Origin: Acidimicrobiales bacterium
GTDB taxonomy: Bacteria; Actinomycetota; Acidimicrobiia; Acidimicrobiales; Salinilacustritrichaceae
DNA: 45,990 bases
Assembly (NCBI GenBank): GCA_051306355.1
Contig: JBPPNA010000287.1
Location: forward strand, 1-45,990
Direction of reading: 5' to 3'
Made by a program: the position numbers and the translations under genes. This document shows positions 8,541 to 18,602 of the stretch, piece by piece (the stretch's first letter is position 1; every line of letters starts with the position of its first letter). Under the pieces are notes generated by a model. The model ran no database searches. It was not told where the DNA came from and saw nothing but the letters and a program-made list of their open reading frames with translations.

Positions 8541-10733
8541 ATGACCATGCGATCCCCACGACGGACCTCGGTAGTGCGGATGATCGCCGCAGCGGCGGCG
8601 ATCACGATGGGTGTGACGGCCTGCTCCTCAGCTGATCCGGAGCCGGCGTCGTCCGGTCCGGATGCCGGCTTCGTCGGGTTACGCGGTGCTGCGCCCACGA
8701 TGCTGCAGGAGGGCCGTTCCTGCGACGCCGTGCTCGAGGACTTCCAGTCGTTCGCTCCCGCAGTCCTGCGCGACTCCTTCGGGTTCGCGGGAGGCGACGT
8801 GTCGGCGGCCACGGTCGGTGGAGAGGCCATGGAGACCATGGACGACGCCGCATCCGCCCCGGCTGCCGCCGAGGTGAGCACCGAGGGCGGCTCCGACGGC
8901 GCAACGTCCGAGACCAACACCCAGGAGGCCGGCATCGACGAACCCGACGTCGTCGAGACCGACGGCGACTTCGTCTACCTCGTCGACGAGGACCGCCTCG
9001 TGATCCTCGACGGGTCGACCGCCGAGGTGCAGAGCCGCACCCAGCTCGCCGGGTACGGAGCCCAGCTGCTGCTGTCAGGCGATCGACTCCTGGCCATCGC
9101 CGGTGGCGGCGGTTACGGGATCGGTGGATCCATGGCGGGAGGTGGCATCGCTGTCGACGACGCCGGGGTCTCGGCGCCGGCCGTCGAGGAACCGGCCGTC
9201 GAGGAATCGGCCACAGCCGAACCGGCCACAGCCGAACCGGCCACAGCCGAACCGGCCCCCGATGAGCCCGTGCCCGACACCAGCGTCCCGGTCACCATCG
9301 TCCCGGACACGACGGTCCCGGAGCAGCCGATCCCGGTCGATCCCTTCCCGATGCCGAGCCCCGTGGACCCGCCGTCGTTCCCCGCAGACACGGTGATCCA
9401 GCTGATCGACGTCAGCAACCGCTCCGCGCCGGTCACCGTCCAGACCACCGAGCTCGAGGGCCAGCACGTGTCGACCCGGGTGGTCGACGGGGTGGCCCGG
9501 GTCGTGATCTCGACCTACCCGCAGATGATGCCGTTCGCCGACATGCCGGTCCTCGAGGACCAGGACGCCGTCGACGCCGCCGTGGCAGAGGGCGTGGCGT
9601 CGAGCACGATCGCCGACTGGTTGCCGTCGTACCGGACCTCCACCGACGCGGGCTCGACCACCGTCGAGGGACCGCTGGTGGAGTGTGAGGACGTGCTCGT
9701 GCCAGAGGTCAATGCCGGGCTGGCCGAGACGTCGGTGCTGCGGGTCGACTTCGAGGACGGCTTCGACCCGTCCGACACCACCACGGTCGTGGCCGAGGCC
9801 GGGACCGTCTACGCCTCGGCGTCGACCCTGTACATCGCCGCCACCCGCTACGTCAGCGCCGGCGACCGGGCCGAGATCGCAGCCGACGACTGGTCGACCG
9901 CGTTGCACGCCTTCGATCTGCGGGGTGACGGGCCCGCCGTCCACGTCGGGGCGGGCGAGGTGCCCGGCAACACGCTCAACCAGTACTCGCTCTCTGAGCA
10001 CGACGGCTACCTGCGCATCGCGACCACCGAGGGCACCCCGTGGGGAGGTGGCGAGGACAGCGAGTCCGCCGTGCGGGTCCTGCGCCTCGACGGCAGCACC
10101 CTCGCCGAGGTGGGCATGGTCGGTGGCCTGGGCCGGACCGAGACCATCCAGTCCGTCCGCTTCATGGGTTCGGTCGGCTACGTGGTGACCTTCCGCCAGA
10201 CCGATCCGCTGTACGTCATCGACCTTTCCGATCCGACAGCCCCGGCAGCGGTCGGCGAGCTCAAGATCCCCGGCTTCTCCTCATACCTGCACCCCGTCGG
10301 CGAGGGTCGCCTGGTCGGCGTCGGCCGTGACGCCGACCTCCAGGGCAACGACCGCGGCTTCCTCCTCTCGCTCTTCGACGTCTCCGATCCCACCGCACCC
10401 CAGCAGCTCCAGACCTACACCGAGCCCGACGCCCACTCCGCCGCCGGCTTCGACCCGAAGGCCTTCCTCTGGTGGGCACCGGAGTCGGCCGCCGTGGTGC
10501 CGATGGAGCGCTACGGCCTGTCCACAGAACAACGCCCCGACGGCTTCGAGGTGGGTATGGCCGTGTTCGACATCGACGACGGGGGCATCACCGAGCGCGC
10601 CACCATCACCGTCGACGGCCGCTACCCGTCGCGGGCGCTCGTGGTCCAGGACCGCTTGTGGTCGCTGTTCGACGGCGGCGTGTACACCTCCGGGTTCGGT
10701 GGCGAAGCCGGGACGTTCAACTCGTTCCGGTAG
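8541..10733 (+). CDS. Secreted lipoprotein with beta-propeller domain (Beta_propel family)
   Basis: Signal peptide with lipobox VTAC; family-typical [69 protein letters not shown]. Start could be 8547. Confidence 0.85.
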   Translation: MTMRSPRRTSVVRMIAAAAAITMGVTACSSADPEPASSGPDAGFVGLRGAAPTMLQEGRSCDAVLEDFQSFAPAVLRDSFGFAGGDVSAATVGGEAMETMDDAASAPAAAEVSTEGGSDGATSETNTQEAGIDEPDVVETDGDFVYLVDEDRLVILDGSTAEVQSRTQLAGYGAQLLLSGDRLLAIAGGGGYGIGGSMAGGGIAVDDAGVSAPAVEEPAVEESATAEPATAEPATAEPAPDEPVPDTSVPVTIVPDTTVPEQPIPVDPFPMPSPVDPPSFPADTVIQLIDVSNRSAPVTVQTTELEGQHVSTRVVDGVARVVISTYPQMMPFADMPVLEDQDAVDAAVAEGVASSTIADWLPSYRTSTDAGSTTVEGPLVECEDVLVPEVNAGLAETSVLRVDFEDGFDPSDTTTVVAEAGTVYASASTLYIAATRYVSAGDRAEIAADDWSTALHAFDLRGDGPAVHVGAGEVPGNTLNQYSLSEHDGYLRIATTEGTPWGGGEDSESAVRVLRLDGSTLAEVGMVGGLGRTETIQSVRFMGSVGYVVTFRQTDPLYVIDLSDPTAPAAVGELKIPGFSSYLHPVGEGRLVGVGRDADLQGNDRGFLLSLFDVSDPTAPQQLQTYTEPDAHSAAGFDPKAFLWWAPESAAVVPMERYGLSTEQRPDGFEVGMAVFDIDDGGITERATITVDGRYPSRALVVQDRLWSLFDGGVYTSGFGGEAGTFNSFR
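9177..9257 (+). repeat. About 5.4 x 15-bp coding tandem repeat (PAVEE x2, S/PATAE x3)
   Basis: ccggccgtcgaggaa x2, then (t/c)cggccacagccgaa x3, then ccggcc. Confidence 0.9.
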
Positions 10734-10743
10734 CGTCCGGACC

Positions 10744-11367
10744 ATGGCCGACCAGGCGACGTTCGCAGACCAAGCGATGCCGCTGATGGACTCGTTGTAC
10801 GGGGCGGCGCTGCGGATGACCCGCAACAAGGCCGACGCCGAGGACCTGGTGCAGGAGGCCTACCTGAAGGCGTACCGGGGTTTCGGCGGCTTCCAGGAGG
10901 GCACGAACCTCAAGGCCTGGATGTATCGCATCCTGACCAACACGTACATCAACATCTACCGCTCGAAGAAGCGGCGCCCGGACGAGACCGACCTCGCCGA
11001 GGTGGAGGACCTGTACCTCTATCGGCGCCTCGGAGGACTCGAGGGTGCCACCGCCGGCCGGTCCGCAGAGGACGAGCTGCTCGAGACCTTCACCGAGGGC
11101 GAGATCAAGCAGGCGATGGAGGACCTCCCCGAGAACTTCCGCATGGCCGTCCTCCTCGCAGATGTCGAGGGCTTCTCCTACAAGGAGATCGCCGAGATCC
11201 TCGACATCCCCATCGGGACCGTGATGTCGCGGCTGCACCGGGGAAGAAAAGGGCTCCAGAAGCAGTTGTACGAGTTCGCCGTCGCGCGTGGACTCGCAGA
11301 GCCCGTCGATGAGGCGGACCTCACCCCGGTCCCGGCGAACGCCGCGACCGACCCTGCTCGAGGCTGA
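10744..11367 (+). CDS. sigH: ECF sigma factor of the SigH/SigR (thiol-oxidative stress) type
   Basis: [68 protein letters not shown]; followed by a zinc anti-sigma gene. Confidence 0.9.
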   Translation: MADQATFADQAMPLMDSLYGAALRMTRNKADAEDLVQEAYLKAYRGFGGFQEGTNLKAWMYRILTNTYINIYRSKKRRPDETDLAEVEDLYLYRRLGGLEGATAGRSAEDELLETFTEGEIKQAMEDLPENFRMAVLLADVEGFSYKEIAEILDIPIGTVMSRLHRGRKGLQKQLYEFAVARGLAEPVDEADLTPVPANAATDPARG

Positions 11368-11371
11368 CGAC

Positions 11372-11632
11372 ATGACCGACCCCGACATCCCACCCGGCAA
11401 GTGCAACGAGACGCTCCACGAGCTGTACCACTTCCTCGACGGCGAGCTCACCCCGGCCAGGCGAGGCCACATCCAACAGCATCTCGAGGACTGTCCTCCC
11501 TGCTACGAGGCGTTCGACTTCGAAGCCGAGATCAAGGCCTACATCGCCGACAAGTGTCGCGAACGCGTCCCGGAGAGTCTCCGGACCCGCATTGCCGAGG
11601 CCATCGGGCACGAACCGCCTGCATCGTCGTGA
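11372..11632 (+). CDS. rsrA: Zinc-binding anti-sigma factor RsrA/RshA
   Basis: N-terminal Cys (KCNE), FLDGEL, ZAS motif HLEDCPPC; immediately downstream of sigH. Confidence 0.9.
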   Translation: MTDPDIPPGKCNETLHELYHFLDGELTPARRGHIQQHLEDCPPCYEAFDFEAEIKAYIADKCRERVPESLRTRIAEAIGHEPPASS

Positions 11633-11680
11633 TCCGACGCGAACTGCTCGCCACGCATCGCAGCTCCTAGGATCGGCTCC

Positions 11681-11827
11681 ATGTTCGCCGCTCCCGTCTG
11701 GCACTTCTGGATCGCCGTCGTGCTCATGATCACGCTCATCATCCCTGTGACGATCACCGTCGTGGTGCTCTACCTGCGCAAGGTCGTCAAGCCGCAGTAC
11801 CCGGGGGTCGACCAAGAGCGTGGCTGA
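11681..11827 (+). CDS. Small single-pass membrane protein, 48 aa (absent from ORF track)
   Basis: MFAAPVWHFWIAVVLMITLIIPVTITVVVLYLRKVVKPQYPGVDQERG; GC-rich third codon positions, TAGGAT 7 nt upstream, overlaps the next start by 8 nt. Confidence 0.75.
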   Translation: MFAAPVWHFWIAVVLMITLIIPVTITVVVLYLRKVVKPQYPGVDQERG

Positions 11828-12893
11828 CCTCGTCGACTGGGACCTCGCCGAGCGCATCGCCGTCCGCGCGTCCGGGAACGAGCCCTTTGCGGACTCCTAC
11901 CTGGCCGATTCGCTCGAACCAGACTTCGCCGAGCTCACCAGCCAGGCCGAAGAGCTCGTCACCGCAGAGACCGGTCTCCGGTCCCTCGCAGGACCCGCTC
12001 GAGCGGCGGTCACCGACCGAGCGGGGTGGGTGCACGCCAACATCGCGTCGTTCCAACGCATCCTCGCTCCCCTCACCGACAAGGTCGGCAAGCGGGTCAG
12101 CGGCCCGTCGGCCCTCGTCATGCGCAGCGCATCGGCGCTCGAGGTCGGCCTGCTGCTGGGGTGGATGTCCGGGCGCGTCCTCGGACAGTACGACCTGCTC
12201 GTGGCGGCCGACGACGACCCCCAGGACCAGGACGTCGTCTACTACGTGGGCCCCAACGTGCTCGCCATCGAGAAGCGCTTCGGGTTCCCGCCGCGCGAGT
12301 TCCGCCTCTGGCTGGCCCTCCACGAAGTCACGCACCGGGCGCAGTTCACCGGGGTGCCGTGGATGCGCGAGCACTACCTCTCGCTGATCGACCGGATGCT
12401 GGCGTCCGCCCAACTCGACCCGATCCAGTTGCTCGGGGCGCTCAAACGGGCGGTCGACGAGATCCGGGCTGGTCGCAAGCCCCTGGCCGAGGGCGGCCTC
12501 GCCCACCTGCTGGCCACACCGGAACAACGCGACGTGCTGGACCAGATCGGTGGCCTGATGAGCCTGCTGGAGGGTCACGGCGACATCACCATGAACCGGG
12601 CCGGGATCGGCCACGTGCCGTCGGCCGACAGGTTCGCCCGGGTCTTGGCGCAACGGCGGACGAACGCCAACTTCGTCCAGAAGACCATCCAGCGTCTCCT
12701 CGGTCTCGAGGCCAAGCTCAACCAGTACCAGCAGGGCGAGGACTTCATCGAGGAGATCGAGCGGCTCGGCGACGGCAAGGACGCGCTCGCCCCCGTGTGG
12801 CGCGGCCCCATTTGGCTGCCGACGCTGTCGGAGATCCGTGATCCCCGGGAATGGGTCGATCGCGTCCGCCTCTCCGAGGAGCTGGTGGGGTAG
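11820..12893 (+). CDS. Zinc-dependent metalloprotease (Zincin_2 family, tilS-linked)
   Basis: HEVTH zincin motif, MSLLEGHGD, VLGQYD; usual position upstream of tilS in actinobacteria. Confidence 0.88.
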   Translation: MADLVDWDLAERIAVRASGNEPFADSYLADSLEPDFAELTSQAEELVTAETGLRSLAGPARAAVTDRAGWVHANIASFQRILAPLTDKVGKRVSGPSALVMRSASALEVGLLLGWMSGRVLGQYDLLVAADDDPQDQDVVYYVGPNVLAIEKRFGFPPREFRLWLALHEVTHRAQFTGVPWMREHYLSLIDRMLASAQLDPIQLLGALKRAVDEIRAGRKPLAEGGLAHLLATPEQRDVLDQIGGLMSLLEGHGDITMNRAGIGHVPSADRFARVLAQRRTNANFVQKTIQRLLGLEAKLNQYQQGEDFIEEIERLGDGKDALAPVWRGPIWLPTLSEIRDPREWVDRVRLSEELVG

Positions 12894-12898
12894 CGGCG

Positions 12899-13651
12899 GT
12901 GGCCTCGGTCCTCGTCGTCGACGACGAACCCGATCTGCGATACCTGGCCCAGATCAGCCTGGAGATGGACGGCCACCGCGTGATGACGGCGGCGAACGGC
13001 GCCGAAGCGCTCGCCGCCGTGCAGGTCGAATTCCCCGATGTCGTGCTCCTCGACGTGATGATGCCCGAGGTCGACGGGTGGACGGTGTTGGCGCAGCTCA
13101 AGAGCCACCTCGACGACCAGATCTCCTCGGTGCGGGTGGTCATGATGACGGCGCTCGGTGCCGACGACGATCGCCTTCGCGGTGGCGTCGAGGGCGCGGT
13201 CCGCTACCTGGTCAAGCCGGTCATGCCCGAAGATCTGCGCGTCGCCGTTCGGGAGGTCCTCGCCGGCGCCCCCGAGCGCGACCAGCGCCTCAGTGCCCAG
13301 ACCGGTGCCCTCGTGGAGCTGGCCCGGCGCGAGCGGGGCGACGGCATGGTCGACGACACCGGTCCGCGGCCGCGACTGTCTCGCCTCGAACGACCCCGGA
13401 CCCGCGAGTCGACGCAGCCAGTCGCCGATGACGCCGCCGTCGTCGGCGCCGATCTCACCCCGAAGCAACGCCAGCTCCTCGAGGTGCTCGCCGGCACGCC
13501 ATCGGTGAGCGACGCTGCCGCCGAACTGGGGGTGAGTCGCTCGAACATCTACGCCAGCCTGCGCCGGGTCGCCCGCAAGCTCGAGGTCTCGTCGGTGCCC
13601 GATCTGCTGCGGTCGTTGCGGGCCGGCGAGCTTCGCATCGTCGACGAGTGA
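12899..13651 (+). CDS. Orphan response regulator (receiver domain, linker, LuxR-like HTH)
   Basis: VLVVDDE, LLDVMMP (phosphoacceptor Asp), MMTA, YLVKP; C-terminal LTPKQRQLLEVL...AAAELGVSRSNIYASLRRVARKL. Confidence 0.85.
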   Translation: MASVLVVDDEPDLRYLAQISLEMDGHRVMTAANGAEALAAVQVEFPDVVLLDVMMPEVDGWTVLAQLKSHLDDQISSVRVVMMTALGADDDRLRGGVEGAVRYLVKPVMPEDLRVAVREVLAGAPERDQRLSAQTGALVELARRERGDGMVDDTGPRPRLSRLERPRTRESTQPVADDAAVVGADLTPKQRQLLEVLAGTPSVSDAAAELGVSRSNIYASLRRVARKLEVSSVPDLLRSLRAGELRIVDE

Positions 13652-14526
13652 ACCCGGTGCGGGCCGAGCTGCTCACCCGCTGCTCCTTCCCTCCTGCCGG
13701 CACGGCGGTGACCTGCGCGGTGTCGGGCGGACCCGACTCGCTGGCCCTGTTGCTCCTGGCGGCCGAGGCGGGCCTCGACGTGACGGCCGTCCACGTCGAC
13801 CACGGCCTGCGGCCGGAGAGCGCAGGGGAGGCCGAGGTCGTGGCCGCGGCGGCGGGGTCGGTCGGCGCGCGCTTCCGGGCCGAGCGCGTCGAGGTCGGCC
13901 CGGGCGGTGACCTCGAGGCGCGGGCCCGTGCGGCCCGGCGGACGGTGCTGCCACCCGACACCCTCTATGGCCACACGGCCGATGACCAGGCCGAGACGGT
14001 CCTGCTCGCGCTGCTCCGCGGTGCCGGTCTCGACGGACTGCGGGGAATGCGACCAGTGGGCCATCCGATCCTCGCCCTCCGGCGATCCGACACCGAGCGG
14101 GTCTGCGCCGATGCCGGCCTCGTCCCGGTCCGGGATCCCAGCAACCACGACGTGCGCTTCCGGCGCAACCGCGTCCGCCACGAACTGCTCCCCCTGCTCG
14201 ACGACATCGCGCAACGAGACGTCACCACCGTGGTCGCACGGACAGCCACTGTGTTGCTCGACGATGCGGACTTCCTCGACGCTGCCTCTTCGCCGCTCGA
14301 CCCGACGGATGCCATGGCTCTCGCCTCCGCCCCGCCCGCCCTCGCCCGGCGAGCGCTGCGACGGTGGCTTCGCGAGCTCGACGCGGAGCGCCATCCGCCG
14401 GACGCGGACGGCATCGCTCGCGTCCTCGCCGTGGCGCGCGGCGAGGCCGTGGCCGCGCAGATCGCCGGCGGGATCGAGGTGCGCCGCTCCCGCCAGCGTC
14501 TCGTGGCCACTGCCCCGTCCGGCTAG
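13648..14526 (+). CDS. tilS: tRNA(Ile)-lysidine synthetase
   Basis: PP-loop AVSGGPDSLAL, VHVDHGLR, GHTADDQAET, DPSN, RNRVRHELLP. Confidence 0.95.
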   Translation: MNPVRAELLTRCSFPPAGTAVTCAVSGGPDSLALLLLAAEAGLDVTAVHVDHGLRPESAGEAEVVAAAAGSVGARFRAERVEVGPGGDLEARARAARRTVLPPDTLYGHTADDQAETVLLALLRGAGLDGLRGMRPVGHPILALRRSDTERVCADAGLVPVRDPSNHDVRFRRNRVRHELLPLLDDIAQRDVTTVVARTATVLLDDADFLDAASSPLDPTDAMALASAPPALARRALRRWLRELDAERHPPDADGIARVLAVARGEAVAAQIAGGIEVRRSRQRLVATAPSG

Positions 14527-14537
14527 GTTTCGCCCGC

Positions 14538-15086
14538 GTGGCTTCCCCCCCGCACGACGACGACCTGATCGGCGAGGTCCTCGTCGACGCCGAGTCGCTC
14601 CAGGCGCGGATCGCCGAGCTCGGACAGGAGATCGCCGCCGACTACGCCGGACGTGTCCCACTGCTGGTCGCGGTGCTCAAGGGCGCCTTCATCTTCATGG
14701 CCGACCTGTCGAGGGCCATCGACATCCCCCTCGAGGTCGACTTCATGGCCGTGTCGTCCTACGGGGCGAGCACGCGGTCCTCCGGCGTGGTCCGGATCGT
14801 GAAGGACCTCGACATCGACCTCCACGGCCGCCACGTCATCATCGTGGAGGACATCATCGACTCGGGCCTGACCCTGCGGTACCTGCGCAAGACGTTGCAG
14901 GCGCGCAGTCCCGCGTCCCTCGAGGTGTGCGCGCTCTTCGTGCGAGAGGGCAACGCCCAGGCAGACGTCGATCTGCGCTACAGGGGCTTCACCATCCCGC
15001 CCGCGTTCGTCATCGGGTACGGGCTCGACGTCGCCGAGCGCCACCGGAACCTCCCCGACATCAGGACCTACCTGGGCGAAGAGTGA
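14538..15086 (+). CDS. hpt: Hypoxanthine phosphoribosyltransferase
   Basis: VLKGAFIFMADL, SSYG, PRPP motif VIIVEDIIDSGLTL, FVIGYGLD. Confidence 0.96.
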   Translation: MASPPHDDDLIGEVLVDAESLQARIAELGQEIAADYAGRVPLLVAVLKGAFIFMADLSRAIDIPLEVDFMAVSSYGASTRSSGVVRIVKDLDIDLHGRHVIIVEDIIDSGLTLRYLRKTLQARSPASLEVCALFVREGNAQADVDLRYRGFTIPPAFVIGYGLDVAERHRNLPDIRTYLGEE

Positions 15087-15137
15087 CCGCGACCCGCCGG
15101 TCGGAATGAAACGCGTCCCGATAGCCTTGCTCGCACT

Positions 15138-17156
15138 GTGAAGAAACGCCTGCGTCGCCCCACGATCATCTACGTCGTCATCGGTCTCCTCGCAGCGATG
15201 GTGGCGGCATCGTTCTTCCGGGGCGGATCCGATGTCGAGGACCTCAACCTGAGCGAGTTCCGGGCCGCCGTGGCCGAGGGCGACGTCGAGACCGCCACCA
15301 TCAAGGACCGCAGCAACGCGGTCGAGGGCGAGCTGCGGGACGGTTCCGAGTACAAGGTCTCCTTCCCGGCCGAGTTCGCCGACGAGCTCACCGAGGAGCT
15401 GTCGGAAGCCTCGCCTGCGATCGAGATCGAGACCGACCAGCAACAGGAGTCGATCTGGGTCTCCCTGCTGTTCAGCCTGCTGCCGCTCCTCATCCTCTTC
15501 GGGCTGTTCCTCTTCGTGCTCAACGCCATGTCGGGCGGGGGCAGCCGTGTCATGCAGTTCGGGAAGGCGAAGGCCAAGCAGTTCAACAAGGACCAGCCCA
15601 AGGTGACCTTCGACGACGTGGCTGGTGCCGACGAGGCCGTGGAGGAGCTCCACGAGATCAAGGAGTTCCTCGAGAACCCGGCCAAGTTCGCCGCCATAGG
15701 GGCCAAGATCCCCAAGGGCGTCCTCCTCGTGGGCCCGCCTGGGACCGGCAAGACGTTGCTCGCCCGTGCAGTGGCGGGGGAGGCCGGCGCTCCGTTCTTC
15801 TCGATCTCGGGCTCGGACTTCGTCGAGATGTTCGTCGGTGTGGGTGCGTCGCGCGTCCGTGACCTGTTCAACCAGGCCAAGGAGCAGGCCCCGGCCATCG
15901 TGTTCATCGACGAGATCGACGCCGTCGGCCGCCACCGTGGCGCCGGCATGGGCGGCGGTCACGACGAACGCGAGCAGACGCTCAACCAGCTCCTGGTGGA
16001 GATGGACGGCTTCGACGGCAACACCGGCGTCATCCTCATCGCCGCCACCAACCGCCCCGACATCCTCGACCCCGCGCTGCTGCGCCCGGGCCGCTTCGAC
16101 CGCCAGATCATCGTCGACCGGCCCGATCTCGAGGGCCGTCGCGCCATCCTCGACGTCCACGTCAAGGGCAAGCCCCTCGCCGATGACGTCGACAACACCG
16201 TGATCGCCCGCCGGACGCCCGGCTTCACGGGCGCCGACCTGGCCAACCTCATGAACGAAGCCGCCCTGATGGCCGCACGCAGCTCCTCCGACACCATCGA
16301 CATGCGCACCGTCGAGTCCGCCATCGATCGGGTGCTGGCCGGGCCGGAGCGCAAGACCCGCGTCATGTCCGAGCGGGAACGAACGGTCACCGCCTACCAC
16401 GAGGCCGGTCACGCCCTCGTGGGCCACGTTCTCGAGCACTGTGACCCGATCCACAAGGTCTCGATCGTGGCCCGCGGCCGTGCACTGGGTTGGACGCTGG
16501 CCCTGCCGCTCGAGGACCGCTACACCCACACCCGTTCCGAGCTCGTCGACCGCCTCGCCATGCTGCTCGGCGGGCGCACCGCCGAGGAGGTCGTCTTCGG
16601 CGACATCACCACCGGCGCGGCCGACGACATCGAGAAGGCCACCGACATCGCCCGGGCCATGGTCACGGCCTACGGCATGAGCGACTCCGTGGGTCCGCTG
16701 GCCCTCGGTGCCAAGCAGGGCGAGATCTTCCTCGGCAAGGAGTACGGCCACGAGGCCAACTACTCCGACAACGTGGCCGCCATCATCGACGACGAGATCC
16801 GGGTCCTGGTGAGCGGCGCCCACGAACGGGCCGAGGCCATCCTCACCACCTACCGCTCCACGCTCGACCTGCTGGCCAGCGAGATGCTGGACAAGGAGAC
16901 GCTGGACGAGGCCGACCTCGATCGCATCTTCGGACACCTCGAGACCTGGGTCGATCCCGACACTGCAGCTCTCGACGACGTCGAGCCGGCTCCCGTCGAG
17001 ATCGACCCTGCCCCGGCCGAGGTCGAACGCGCCCCCGTGGTGGCGTCCGAGCGCGCCGCCGCCGAACCGACGGTCGGTGAAGCCGAGCGGGCGCCGGTAC
17101 CCCCGGTCCGGTCCCGCTTCCGGTGGCGTCTGCGGCCCGGGACCTCCGGCCCGTGA
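15138..17156 (+). CDS. ftsH: ATP-dependent zinc metalloprotease FtsH
   Basis: Two TM helices, [19 protein letters not shown], second region of homology, HEAGH. Confidence 0.98.
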   Translation: MKKRLRRPTIIYVVIGLLAAMVAASFFRGGSDVEDLNLSEFRAAVAEGDVETATIKDRSNAVEGELRDGSEYKVSFPAEFADELTEELSEASPAIEIETDQQQESIWVSLLFSLLPLLILFGLFLFVLNAMSGGGSRVMQFGKAKAKQFNKDQPKVTFDDVAGADEAVEELHEIKEFLENPAKFAAIGAKIPKGVLLVGPPGTGKTLLARAVAGEAGAPFFSISGSDFVEMFVGVGASRVRDLFNQAKEQAPAIVFIDEIDAVGRHRGAGMGGGHDEREQTLNQLLVEMDGFDGNTGVILIAATNRPDILDPALLRPGRFDRQIIVDRPDLEGRRAILDVHVKGKPLADDVDNTVIARRTPGFTGADLANLMNEAALMAARSSSDTIDMRTVESAIDRVLAGPERKTRVMSERERTVTAYHEAGHALVGHVLEHCDPIHKVSIVARGRALGWTLALPLEDRYTHTRSELVDRLAMLLGGRTAEEVVFGDITTGAADDIEKATDIARAMVTAYGMSDSVGPLALGAKQGEIFLGKEYGHEANYSDNVAAIIDDEIRVLVSGAHERAEAILTTYRSTLDLLASEMLDKETLDEADLDRIFGHLETWVDPDTAALDDVEPAPVEIDPAPAEVERAPVVASERAAAEPTVGEAERAPVPPVRSRFRWRLRPGTSGP

Positions 17157-17764
17157 GCGTCATCCCGCACGATCCGGACGAGAACACCAACCTCGCACCG
17201 GAGATCGACCGCCCCCGCATCGAGGCCGCCATCTCCGAGATCCTGGCTGCCATCGGCGAGGACCCCACGCGCGACGGGCTGCTCGACACGCCGGCCCGCG
17301 TGGCCCGCATGTACGCAGAGATCTTCGCCGGGCTCCATGACACCCCCGATCATCACCTCAAGACGACGTTCGAGGCCGACCACGACGAGATGGTCATGGT
17401 GCGCGACATCCCGATCTACTCGGCGTGCGAGCACCACCTGATCCCCTTCATCGGGACCGCGCACATCGCCTACATCCCCAACGACAACGGGCGGATCACC
17501 GGGTTGTCGAAGCTGGCCCGGCTGGCCGATGTCTACGCGCGCCGGCCCCAGGTCCAGGAACGCCTCACGGTGCAGATCGCCGACGCTCTCGATCGGGTCC
17601 TCGAACCCCGTGGCGTCCTCGTGGTGCTGCGGGCCGAGCACCTGTGCATGTCGATGCGCGGGGTGCGCAAGCCGGGCACCACCACGGTCACCTCGGCGGT
17701 ACGGGGGTTGTTCCGCACGAACACCGCCACCCGCTACGAAGCGATGCGTCTGATCGATCTCTAG
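17153..17764 (+). CDS. folE: GTP cyclohydrolase I
   Basis: [42 protein letters not shown]. Confidence 0.97.
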   Translation: MSVIPHDPDENTNLAPEIDRPRIEAAISEILAAIGEDPTRDGLLDTPARVARMYAEIFAGLHDTPDHHLKTTFEADHDEMVMVRDIPIYSACEHHLIPFIGTAHIAYIPNDNGRITGLSKLARLADVYARRPQVQERLTVQIADALDRVLEPRGVLVVLRAEHLCMSMRGVRKPGTTTVTSAVRGLFRTNTATRYEAMRLIDL

Positions 17765-17768
17765 GCCG

Positions 17769-18602
17769 ATGCAACCGCTGGTCATGGGCGTCTTGAACGT
17801 GACGCCGGATTCGTTCTCGGACGGGGGAGCGTGGACCAGCGTCGAGGCCGCCGTCGCCCACGGTCGGTCGATGCTCGCCGCCGGCGCCGGCGTGGTCGAC
17901 GTGGGCGGGGAGTCGACCCGGCCCGGGGCCGAGCCGGTGTCCGCCGCCGAGGAGCTCGCCCGGGTGCTGCCCGTGATCGAAGGTCTGATCCCCGAGGTGC
18001 ACGCCGCCGGTGCCCGGTTGTCGATCGACACCCGCCACTCGTCGGTCGCCCAGGGCGCGCTCTCCGCCGGCGCCACCATCCTGAACGACATCTCGGCGTC
18101 GCTCCACGACGTCGCAGCCGCACACGGCGCGGGCTGGGTCGCCATGCACATGCAGGGGGAGCCGCAGACCATGCAGACCGCTCCCCGATACGACGACGTG
18201 GTCGACGAGGTGTTCGATCACCTGACGGCCGCCGTGACCGTCGGTCGGGGCGCCGGCGTGGGGGAGATCTGGATCGACCCTGGCATCGGATTCGGCAAGA
18301 CCCACGCCCACAACTGGGCGCTGCTCGGATCTCTGGATCGGTTCGTGGCCAGCGGGGTCCCGGTGGTGGTGGGCACCAGCCGGAAGGGCTTCCTCGGGGC
18401 GGTATCGGGTGAAGCCGATGGCAGCGACGGTCCCACCCCGGCGCAGGACCGCCTGGAAGGATCGATGACGACCGCCGTCTGGGCTGCCACCATGGGAGCT
18501 GCGATGATCCGCGCCCACGACGTCCCCGCCACGGTGAGAGCCGTCCAGGTCGCCGGTCCGTCGCGCCCCGCGTCCGTCGTCGCCCTTCCCGGTGGTCGTT
18601 GA
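17769..18602 (+). CDS. folP: Dihydropteroate synthase
   Basis: MGVLNVTPDSFSDGG, DVGGESTRPG, DPGIGFGKT, GTSRKGFLG, RAHDV. Confidence 0.97.
   Translation: MQPLVMGVLNVTPDSFSDGGAWTSVEAAVAHGRSMLAAGAGVVDVGGESTRPGAEPVSAAEELARVLPVIEGLIPEVHAAGARLSIDTRHSSVAQGALSAGATILNDISASLHDVAAAHGAGWVAMHMQGEPQTMQTAPRYDDVVDEVFDHLTAAVTVGRGAGVGEIWIDPGIGFGKTHAHNWALLGSLDRFVASGVPVVVGTSRKGFLGAVSGEADGSDGPTPAQDRLEGSMTTAVWAATMGAAMIRAHDVPATVRAVQVAGPSRPASVVALPGGR

Noticed and set aside
8411-10733. Genomic island integrated at tRNA-Thr
   Set aside because: No integrase, no duplicated tRNA 3' end that I could find, and no evident compositional shift.
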